Source: Gemmatimonadota bacterium (GTDB lineage Bacteria > Gemmatimonadota > Gemmatimonadetes > Gemmatimonadales > GWC2-71-9). Taken from it: 43,990 nucleotides of DNA. The position numbers and the translations under genes were made by a program. Below the pieces are notes generated by a model, which saw nothing but the letters and a program-made list of their open reading frames with translations, was not told where the DNA came from and made no database searches. The stretch's first letter is position 1. The number at the start of each line of letters is the position of its first letter. Location: positions 1 through 43,990 of the forward strand of contig JBGPIJ010000001.1 of the NCBI GenBank assembly GCA_041484865.1. The letters are read 5' to 3'. This document shows, piece after piece, positions 36,410 through 43,392 of the stretch.

Positions 36410-38643
36410 GCCGCCTGGGAGCGCGCGAGCGGCCGGTACACCTGGCGCGTGAGGCGCCGGCGCCGCCACAGCCGGGCGGCGCCCCCGAGCGCGAGCAGGA
36501 CGGGAATGCCGATCAGGTTGCCGTACTTCACCCCGTCACGCGTCAGGGCGCTCGTGTAGACGAGCGGCGGGGGCCGGCGGTCTTTCGAACGGATCGCGAT
36601 GAGCGCCTCGTCCTGGGCGAGCCAGTCCACGGCGTTCTGCACGAACACCGCCGCGTCCTGGCCGTTCCGGGCGTAGCGGTCGCTTGCGAAGTCGGCGCTG
36701 CCGACGACGACGAGGCGACCGCGCGGGCCTTTGGCGCCCCCGCCGGCGGGGTTGATCTGTACGGCGAGGAGGCGGCGCGTCAGGCTGTCGCGGCTGAAGG
36801 TCTGGGCCGGATTGACGAGGATCGAGTTCTCGCGCGCACCGCCGGCACGACTGGTCATGAAGAGCGGCGTCACCGTGCCGTGGGGCGCGTGGGTGGTGTC
36901 GATCGTGCTGGGCCACGGCAGGAAGACCGCGTCGAGTTCGGCGTTGACGGGCGAGGCCCTCGTGCTCAAGGCGCGGATCCACAGCGGGTAGGGCATGAGC
37001 ACCTGCCCGAACTGCGTCGGCATCGCCACCTGCTCGTTCGAGGCGAGGTCGTACGCCATGTCCTGCCGCACCGCCACGCCGTAGGGGCGGAGCAGGGTGT
37101 TCCAGGGCACCGCATGCGCGGTGGCGAGCGGCGACTGCGCCGAGAGACCCATGCCGTTCACCATCAACAGCAATCCGCCGCCCGAGTCGAGAAACGCCTG
37201 GAGGCGGGCGAGGAGGGTCTGGGGCACCGAGTCGGGGGTGCCGACGATGATGAGGACTCGGGAGTCGCGCGGCAGGATCGAGTCGCCGGGCAGGCGGATG
37301 GACTGGACGGCATACTGCTGGGTGAGCTGCTCCTGGATGGCGCTGAATGCCCGTCCGGACGCGGTGGCCGAGGGATCCGAAGCGACCGCGATCGCGACGG
37401 CCGGTTTGTCCTTGCTGGTGAGTGCGCGAATGTTCGACGTCAGGCGGTACTCGAGATCGCCGGCTTGCCGGACGAACGGGATGGTCTTCGCTCCCTCGGC
37501 ATACTGGATCGCGATCCCGAGGTAGCCTTCCTTTACTTCCAGCTCAGAGCGCCCCACGACGTTGAATTGCACCGGTGGGATGCCGAGCGTTCGCGCTTCG
37601 CGCGCGGCGGCGGTGTCGCTAGACGGGTCTCGGAGCACGAGTCGCAGCTTGCCGTGCGCCGCCGTGCGGTAGTCGCGCAGCATGTCGTCCACGTCGCGCT
37701 TCAGAAACGAGACCTCGGGCGGCAGCGTCGCCGACGCGAACAGCTTGACCGTGACGAGGTCGTTCAGGTGCCCGAGGATCTCGCGCGTGGCGGGCGAGAG
37801 CGTGTAGGCCTTGCCCGGCGTGAGGTCCACCCGGCCGCCGATGTGCCGCCCGAACAGGTTCAGCACCACGAGTCCGCCCACGAGCAGCGCCGTCCCGACC
37901 CGGAGCCGCTCGAGCGCCGGGCCCCGCGGGGCGAGCCGGCGGCGCATGAGCGCGAAGTAGGCGAGCACGAGGAAGACCGCGGCGAGGCTCAGGAAGTAGA
38001 CCGCGTCGCGGAGATCGATCACGCCGCGGGCGATGCCCGTGAAGTGGGCCAGCACCCCCAGCGCGCCGGCGATGGCGCCGAGCCGCGCCGGCAGGCCGAC
38101 GAGCAGCGGATCGAGCCCGACCAGGATCAGCACGAACATCACCGCGACCGCCACGATGAACGCGGTCATCTGATTGCGGGTAATGCTCGACGCCCACACC
38201 CCCACGCCGGCGAGCCCCACGATCAACAGGGCCGCGCCCACGTACTGCGCGATCACGACGCCCCACTGCAGGTGGGCGGCGAGCGCCAGGCCGAGCGGCA
38301 GCGCCACGGTCAGCGCGAGCGCGATCCAGAGGAACAGCACCTGGCCCGCGTACTTCCCGAGCAGCAGCTCGAATTCCGTGATCGGTTGCGCGAGGACCAC
38401 TTCGATCACCCCGCTGCGGGTGTCCTCGGCAACGGCGCGCATGGTGACGGCGGGGACGAGGAACAGCAGCAGCCACGGCAGCAGATCGAGCATCGGCCGG
38501 AGCGTGGCGACTCCGTAGAGCGAGACCTGCCGGAAGAACAGGAAGTCGTTGACGGCGACGAACACGATGAGGAGGATATACGCCGTCGGCATGTCGAAGA
38601 GCGCCCGGATCTCGCGGCGCGCGATCGTCCACATCGCCCTCAT
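36406..38643 (-). CDS. Fused ABC-2 type permease (GldF-like, N-terminal about 240 aa) and GldG-like auxiliary domain
   Basis: The N-terminus (ARREIRALFDMPTAYILLIVFVAVNDFLFF...MRAVAEDTRSGVIEVVLAQPIT..ELLLGKY) is ABC-2 permease-like. The remainder (...RVDLTPGKAYTLSPATREILGHLNDLVTVKLFAS...LLMVNG...VVVGSADFASD) is GldG-like and ends in a terminal TM. Confidence 0.7.
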   Translation of the reverse strand: MRAMWTIARREIRALFDMPTAYILLIVFVAVNDFLFFRQVSLYGVATLRPMLDLLPWLLLFLVPAVTMRAVAEDTRSGVIEVVLAQPITEFELLLGKYAGQVLFLWIALALTVALPLGLALAAHLQWGVVIAQYVGAALLIVGLAGVGVWASSITRNQMTAFIVAVAVMFVLILVGLDPLLVGLPARLGAIAGALGVLAHFTGIARGVIDLRDAVYFLSLAAVFLVLAYFALMRRRLAPRGPALERLRVGTALLVGGLVVLNLFGRHIGGRVDLTPGKAYTLSPATREILGHLNDLVTVKLFASATLPPEVSFLKRDVDDMLRDYRTAAHGKLRLVLRDPSSDTAAAREARTLGIPPVQFNVVGRSELEVKEGYLGIAIQYAEGAKTIPFVRQAGDLEYRLTSNIRALTSKDKPAVAIAVASDPSATASGRAFSAIQEQLTQQYAVQSIRLPGDSILPRDSRVLIIVGTPDSVPQTLLARLQAFLDSGGGLLLMVNGMGLSAQSPLATAHAVPWNTLLRPYGVAVRQDMAYDLASNEQVAMPTQFGQVLMPYPLWIRALSTRASPVNAELDAVFLPWPSTIDTTHAPHGTVTPLFMTSRAGGARENSILVNPAQTFSRDSLTRRLLAVQINPAGGGAKGPRGRLVVVGSADFASDRYARNGQDAAVFVQNAVDWLAQDEALIAIRSKDRRPPPLVYTSALTRDGVKYGNLIGIPVLLALGGAARLWRRRRLTRQVYRPLARSQAA

Positions 38644-39584
38644 GCCTTAGCCTCGGGGGTCGTCAGCTGGCGGAACAGGTCCTCGAGGTTGACCGTCTCC
38701 TGGTGCAGCTCGTAGAGCGTCCACCCGCTCGCCTTGGCCAGCTCGAAGATCGCGGGCCGCACGTCGGCGTGACGGCCCACGGTGAGCCGGACCGCGACCC
38801 GACCGTCGGGAGCGGTCCGCATCGGCTCGACGCCGCTGACGCCCGGCACGCGTTCCAGAGCCGCGGCGACGCCTTCGCCCCGCGCCTCCACGGCGATCTG
38901 GACCATCCCCTCGGCGTCCGAGACCAGGCGGTCCACCGGACCATCGGCGACGATCGTTCCCCGACTGATGATCAGGAGGCGGGAGCAGCTCTGCTGCACC
39001 TCGGGGAGAATGTGGGTCGAGAGCAGCACGGTGCGGTCTTTCCCCACGTCGGCGATCACGCGCCGGATCTCGACCCGTTGGTTGGGGTCGAGTCCCTCGG
39101 TCGGCTCGTCGAGCACGAGCAGGTCGGGCCGGTGCAGGATCGCCTGCGCGAGTCCCACGCGCTGGCGAAACCCTTTGGACAGTTCGCCGATCGGTCGGTA
39201 GTACACCGTCTCGATCCCCGTCGAGTTCACCGCCTCGTCCAGGTGGGTCCGGCGCGTCGCCGGCGGCAGCTGCCGCAAGTCGGCGATGAAGTCGAGGTAG
39301 TCGGCGACGAGCATGTCCCCGTACAGGGGGTTATTCTCGGCGAGGTAGCCGATCCGGCGCTTCGATTCTCGCGCGGCGTCCGCGATGGGCACCCCGTCCA
39401 GGCGGATCGTCCCCACGTCCGGCTCGAGGTATTGCGTGATCATCCGCATGGTGGTGGACTTGCCCGCACCGTTCGGTCCGAGGAAACCGACGACCTCGCC
39501 CCGGTCGATCGCGAAGGACACCCGGTCCACCGCGACCACGTCGCCGAAACGCTTGGAAACGCCTTCGAGAGTGAGGAACGACAT
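38640..39584 (-). CDS. ABC transporter ATP-binding protein (GldA-like)
   Basis: Walker A (FLGPNGAGKSTT), signature motif (LSKGFRQRVGLA) and Walker B (LLVLDEPTEGLD). ATGA overlap with the permease gene. Confidence 0.9.
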   Translation of the reverse strand: MSFLTLEGVSKRFGDVVAVDRVSFAIDRGEVVGFLGPNGAGKSTTMRMITQYLEPDVGTIRLDGVPIADAARESKRRIGYLAENNPLYGDMLVADYLDFIADLRQLPPATRRTHLDEAVNSTGIETVYYRPIGELSKGFRQRVGLAQAILHRPDLLVLDEPTEGLDPNQRVEIRRVIADVGKDRTVLLSTHILPEVQQSCSRLLIISRGTIVADGPVDRLVSDAEGMVQIAVEARGEGVAAALERVPGVSGVEPMRTAPDGRVAVRLTVGRHADVRPAIFELAKASGWTLYELHQETVNLEDLFRQLTTPEAKA

Positions 39585-39963
39585 GGGTGCGCGGATGAGA
39601 TCGCCCGTAAGGTGAGTCGTGGCGCAAAATCTTAACTACGAGTCCTCTGGTCGTTCAACCCCGGGCGCCGTGCCAAGTCGAAGCGTGCCTCCGCGCGAAG
39701 AGCTCAGCCTGTCCCCGGGAATGAAAAGAGGGCACGACCGAATGAATCGGTGCAGCGGGATGTGGCTGGGCAGCTACAATGATGAGCGAGATTTCGCAAT
39801 CTGCGGAACTCTCGCGGCGTTGCCTCGGGTCCCGCCCGGCGCCGACTGGGGAGATCAGGTGTACCAAATGGCACCGGAATTGCTCTCCGGAGAGGGCGTC
39901 GAAAGCGGCCGTCACACTCCCAGAGAACGCGCCGCGAGCGCAGACGAAGCGGACGGAGGACCC

Positions 39964-40356
39964 ATGGTCACTGGTCGCAGAGCTCGGTTGATGACGGTCA
40001 CAATCCTGCTCGCATTGATGCTGTTTCCCGCCGCCCAGGCGAAGGGGCAGTGGAAAGCCGAGCACACGATTCTCGCCATTGCTTCGTCTGCCACGATCAC
40101 GGCGGACTGGCTCTTGTCCGCGAACGCGGCGCGCCGCGGTACCTTCGACGAGATGAACCCGATTCTCGGCACCCGCCCGTCCGTGGGCCAGTTGAACACG
40201 TACAATCTGCTGATTCTCGGGAGCAATCTCGCGATCGGGCGGCTCTTACCGAGCAAGTTCCGCACGCTGTGGTTCACGGCCATCACGAGCTTCGAGACCG
40301 CGATCGTGCTGCACCAGTACAACATCGGACTGCACATCGACCTGGCACAGATGTGA
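39964..40356 (+). CDS. Hypothetical small membrane/secreted protein
   Basis: The ATG at 39964 is preceded by GGAGGA. N-terminal hydrophobic segment (LMTVTILLALMLFPAAQA), a DEMNPILG motif and further hydrophobic stretches. It has more A/T-ending codons than neighbouring core genes. No family was assigned. Confidence 0.5.
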   Translation: MVTGRRARLMTVTILLALMLFPAAQAKGQWKAEHTILAIASSATITADWLLSANAARRGTFDEMNPILGTRPSVGQLNTYNLLILGSNLAIGRLLPSKFRTLWFTAITSFETAIVLHQYNIGLHIDLAQM

Positions 40357-40379
40357 CGGCCAGCAGCCTCGCCGCCTGA

Positions 40380-40407
40380 CCCTCTCTCCACGACTGTGGA
40401 GAGAGGG
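40380..40407. terminator. Perfect 12-bp hairpin between convergent genes (candidate bidirectional terminator)
   Basis: ccctctctccac (40380-40391), loop gact, gtggagagaggg (40396-40407). No U-tract on either side. Confidence 0.4.
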
Positions 40408-40412
40408 ACCCA

Positions 40413-40805
40413 CTAGCAGGTGGTGACGTCGTCCTCGATCGAGAAACACTCGGAGTGCGGCTGGCTGCCCGAGTGCGTGTAGGCGAAGACGGCCCCACCG
40501 AAGACCAAGGCCCCGACCCCCAGGATCACCGCGATGGTTTGTGCCGGAGCGGGCTGGCGCGCCCGCATTCCCGTCAGCGCGGCGAGCGGCATCTCGTAAT
40601 ACTTGCCGTGGATGAAGCCCACCAGCGTGTCCCCGGTGATTTGGGGTCCGGCGATCTCGATGCTCGATCCGTCGCTGAGCGTGACGCTCACGAGCGGCGG
40701 CCGGTTGCTGAGGATGTAGTCCACGGGGGAAGATGTGACGCGCCCCATCTTGTGGCAGCCCAGCAAGGTGAAGGCGACGAGGCCGGCGCAGAGGCGGAGG
40801 GTCAT
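40413..40805 (-). CDS. Small lipoprotein A (paralog of 42082..42456) with a C-terminal hydrophobic segment and a Cys-acidic-Cys tail
   Basis: The ATG at 40805 gives MTLRLCAGLVAFTLLGC (lipobox LLGC). Earlier in-frame Mets overlap the tRNA gene. See findings for the paralog alignment. Confidence 0.6.
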   Translation of the reverse strand: MTLRLCAGLVAFTLLGCHKMGRVTSSPVDYILSNRPPLVSVTLSDGSSIEIAGPQITGDTLVGFIHGKYYEMPLAALTGMRARQPAPAQTIAVILGVGALVFGGAVFAYTHSGSQPHSECFSIEDDVTTC

Positions 40806-40831
40806 CGGACGCTCGCGGTGGAAGGTGTGCA

Positions 40832-40902
40832 TTGGCCCCGGTGGATTCGAACCACCATTCGCGGATCCAAAGTCCGCTGTCCTGCCATTGGACGAGGGGC
40901 CA
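40832..40902 (-). tRNA. tRNA-Gln (anticodon UUG)
   Basis: My hand-folded cloverleaf of the reverse complement is TGGCCCC|TC|GTCC|AATGGCA|GGAC|A|GCGGA|CTTTGGA|TCCGC|GAAT|GGTGG|TTCGAAT|CCACC|GGGGCCA|A. It has a 7-bp acceptor stem with the U1-A72 pair typical of bacterial tRNA-Gln, GG in the D loop, a TTCGAAT T loop and U33. CCA is not encoded. Confidence 0.85.
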
Positions 40903-40905
40903 GCG
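40866..40905 (-). repeat. Direct repeat copy 1: tRNA-Gln nt 1-37 plus 3 upstream nt
   Basis: tccaaagtccgctgtcctgccattggacgaggggccagcg is identical over 40/40 nt to 42024-42063. Confidence 0.9.
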
Positions 40906-41488
40906 GTGTTACAGCGCTTCAACTTACAGAGGGCTCATCCTATGCAGAAGGCTCAGACTTTGCCGTCACTGTGCCAAATCGCTTAGCGACTGAACTTTGG
41001 TGGGCGAGGCGCATGCAGCAGGAAATCGACGCCTTTTGGGCAGCCGTGAATGGTGCGGAGAGTGCCGCTCTTCCAGCGTCAGAATGAGGCGAGGGCGGCG
41101 CCGCCCATTGTGCAGCTAGCGCCGCCGCCTACAGTACATGCTAGCTGCTCGCTCTGCCCGACCCGCCCCCCCCGCGGGGCCGCATGTCTTAACTCAAAAC
41201 GGTGCCACCTCTAATTCGGGTGCATACTCTACCGCTCGCCTTTGCACCAGCGAACGTGCCCCTCAACATCTGCTCGATTCAATGCCAAGGCACCCCAGCG
41301 ATGACGTTCAAGAGTTCCGCATTCCACCCCGGGTGCGCGGCCCCGTAGACGCTCGCCGAAACATCCCATTGTGGGTTGACCACTTCGTTCGAGACATTGC
41401 CCGTGCCGGGACTACTTACGTAGACCAGCTTACCGGAGCCATTTAGAGCCGGCCGACAACACGACGCGTGACGAGGGTACCTTGATGT

Positions 41489-41803
41489 ATGGTGGACCCC
41501 CAAAAGGGCGTCTTGGTTTTCGACGAGGCTGGCCGTGTGGCATGGGCAAGCGACGCGGCGTGCCAGATCATGGGCTGGCGCCGGGATCAGCTGCTCCATA
41601 TGTCGGCACGTGACACGTATCATCCCGACGAGTTCCACGTTGCGGAACTCCGGTTCGCGACAGATTACGAGAAGGGGGAGATCGCGTTTCGGCGTCTCCT
41701 TCGACTATCGAACGGGAGCTACCTCCTAGTTGACGTTCTTGGAAAGAAGCTCAGCGACGGTCGATTCCGCTGCATCTTTTCGCCGGTCCACGGGGCGTCG
41801 TGA
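41489..41803 (+). CDS. Stand-alone PAS domain protein (104 aa)
   Basis: GVLVFDEAGRVAWASDAACQIMGWRRDQLLHMSARDTYHPDE...GSYLLVDVLGKKLSDGRF is PAS-fold pattern. By my hand count 29 of 104 codons end in A/T, against 8 of the first 83 rimO codons. Confidence 0.5.
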   Translation: MVDPQKGVLVFDEAGRVAWASDAACQIMGWRRDQLLHMSARDTYHPDEFHVAELRFATDYEKGEIAFRRLLRLSNGSYLLVDVLGKKLSDGRFRCIFSPVHGAS

Positions 41804-42000
41804 AATGAGCAGCGAGCCGCGCCGTTAGCGCCGTCCTTGAGGAGCCGGAACTCCGCGCGGGTTATATGTGCTTGGGCGGGTGCAGCACCGCTGAGCTTCG
41901 CTCAGAGAAGAAGCGTGCCGTAGGGCGTGGCGTGCCGGTCACTCCTTGCCCCCGCCTGCCGCTCCCTCCTGCTCTTGCCGCTGCTCACGCACGAAACAAC

Positions 42001-42020
42001 GGCCCCGCTTGCACGGGGCC
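42001..42020 (-). terminator. 7-bp GC hairpin directly 3' of the orphan tRNA half
   Basis: ggccccg/cggggcc arms with a 6-nt loop. On the minus strand it is followed by GTTGTTTCG, a weak U-tract. Confidence 0.35.
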
Positions 42021-42023
42021 GAG

Positions 42024-42063
42024 TCCAAAGTCCGCTGTCCTGCCATTGGACGAGGGGCCAGCG
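42024..42063 (-). repeat. Direct repeat copy 2: orphan 5' half of tRNA-Gln (nt 1-37 plus 3 upstream nt)
   Basis: 40/40 identity with 40866-40905. Identity ends inside the anticodon loop, and the downstream sequence does not complete a cloverleaf. Confidence 0.9.
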
Positions 42064-42081
42064 ACGTGGGCGCGACCGCGC

Positions 42082-42456
42082 CTAACAAATTTCCTCTTCG
42101 CCCCCCGTGCAGTTCGACGGCGTCGAGGTGCTCTTGGCGTTCATCTTCCAGTAGGTCGCCCCGGCCACCAGGCCGAGCGTGAGCGCGACGGCCACGGTTC
42201 GAGCGGGGGCGCTCTGCAGGGCGCGCACCTGCGTGATCGACTTGAGCGGGATCTCCTGAAAGCTGAGGCCACGAAATCCGAAGAGCGTATCGCCCACGAT
42301 GCGGGGCACGCCGATTTCCGTGACGGACCCGTCCTGGCGGGTGATCCAGATTCGCTGTGGCTCGGTCGCCGCGATGAACGAGACGGGGGACTTCACGGGC
42401 GCGACGGTCGTGCAGGCTGCGGTGCTGAGCACCAGGGCTGCGATCCAAGGCTTCAT
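42082..42456 (-). CDS. Small lipoprotein B (paralog of 40413..40805) with a C-terminal hydrophobic segment and a Cys-acidic-Cys tail
   Basis: MKPWIAALVLSTAAC (lipobox), with GGAGAA upstream. It ends ...NCTGGEEEIC*, 18 nt before the orphan tRNA half. Confidence 0.6.
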   Translation of the reverse strand: MKPWIAALVLSTAACTTVAPVKSPVSFIAATEPQRIWITRQDGSVTEIGVPRIVGDTLFGFRGLSFQEIPLKSITQVRALQSAPARTVAVALTLGLVAGATYWKMNAKSTSTPSNCTGGEEEIC

Positions 42457-42483
42457 GTGTGCACCATTCTCCTCTCTCTCCCT

Positions 42484-43389
42484 CTAATATGGCTCGGGCG
42501 GCGCCGCTGCCAAGGCGCGGGTCGCCGTCCGCAGCAAGGCCTGATGCTTCTCTCCCAGGACCAGTGCCGCATCTTCACGCAGTCGCTCGGTCGCGTAAAC
42601 CGCCGCGACCGCGCTCCCCGAGCCGCACAGCCGCACCCAGTAGGGGTGCGTTGCCGCCAGGCGCTCGAACAGGGCGCGGATCGGCGGATGCCGGCCGAAC
42701 ACGACCGTTTCGAAATCATTGCCGCCCAGTCGGCCCACGCTGCCCCAGCTCGCGAACGCGGGCGCATCGAGCACCACCGGGCCGCGCGAGGCGTCCGCGG
42801 CGGTTGCGTGCGCCTCGTCCCACCAGCGGTACGCGTCCGCGGTGAGGACGGCGAGCGCGCTCGGGGGCACGGCGACGAGGGCCGCCGCGACAGGGAGGGG
42901 CGGGAGCCGAAACAGCCGCTCGCCGCGACCCCAGGCGAGCGCGAGGGGCGCGCCGCTCGCGAAGAACGCCACGTCGGCGCCGAGCCGCGCGGCGAAATGG
43001 AGCAGCTCCGGCTGCGGCACGGCGCCGTCGGCCAGGGCGTTGACGGCGTGTAATGCGGCGGCGGCATCGCTCGAGCCGCCGCCCAGCCCCGCGCGGACGG
43101 GAATGCGCTTGGTCAGCTCGATCGCCACGCCGAAGCGGTTGCCCGTGGCGTCGAGCACGGCGCGGGCCGCGCGCACGGCGAGATTGTCGTCTACGGGGCC
43201 GAGATTGGGCCCGTGCACCTGGAGCGCGATCCCGACCTTCGCCGTGCGGCGCACGACCAGCTCGTCGGCGAGCTCGAGCAGCGCGAACGCGGTCTCGAGC
43301 TGATGCATGCCGCCCCGCTCCGGCGCGAGCACGCGCAGAAAGAGATTGACCTTCGCGTGGGCTGCGACGCGCACGCGCTCAACGGCCAT
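42484..43389 (-). CDS. ispE: 4-(cytidine 5'-diphospho)-2-C-methyl-D-erythritol kinase
   Basis: AHAKVNLFLRVL..R..G.H.LET.F...ELAD and the GHMP kinase motif PVRAGLGGGSSDAAAAL. Confidence 0.88.
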   Translation of the reverse strand: MAVERVRVAAHAKVNLFLRVLAPERGGMHQLETAFALLELADELVVRRTAKVGIALQVHGPNLGPVDDNLAVRAARAVLDATGNRFGVAIELTKRIPVRAGLGGGSSDAAAALHAVNALADGAVPQPELLHFAARLGADVAFFASGAPLALAWGRGERLFRLPPLPVAAALVAVPPSALAVLTADAYRWWDEAHATAADASRGPVVLDAPAFASWGSVGRLGGNDFETVVFGRHPPIRALFERLAATHPYWVRLCGSGSAVAAVYATERLREDAALVLGEKHQALLRTATRALAAAPPEPY

Positions 43390-43392
43390 GCG

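Noticed and set aside
33339-38715. Plus-strand ORFs of 625 aa (33339..35216) and 772 aa (36397..38715).
   Set aside because: They are antisense to well-supported pth, rplY, prs and ABC permease genes. Their composition is Arg/Asp/His/Gly-rich and they contain no domain motifs.
41138-41638. ORFs 41138..41446 (+) and 41279..41638 (-) in the insert as possible genes.
   Set aside because: They overlap each other, and the second also overlaps the PAS ORF. They have no recognisable motifs and no convincing RBS. I left them unannotated rather than calling them.
39585-42483. An integrase, excisionase, transposase or toxin-antitoxin pair expected next to a tRNA-linked insert.
   Set aside because: None of the six-frame translations in this interval shows tyrosine- or serine-recombinase, DDE or common TA motifs. 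Hence the insert is described only as att-like and possibly decayed.
42466-42483. The CT-rich tract ttctcctctctctccctc upstream of lipoprotein B resembles the arm of the 40380-40407 hairpin (ccctctctccac). I considered a dispersed repeat.
   Set aside because: The shared core is only about 8 nt (cctctctc). On the coding strand the tract is simply the purine-rich SD region. This is insufficient to call a repeat family.
40455-43053. ORFs that cross the tRNA and its orphan copy (40455..41087, 40735..40986, 41866..43053, 41946..42182) and share peptides such as KVRCPAIGRGAS and KSAVLPLDEGPA. They looked at first like a repeated protein motif.
   Set aside because: The shared peptides are simply translations of the 40-bp tRNA-derived DNA repeat. 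The ORFs run antisense through a tRNA gene, lipoprotein B and ispE.
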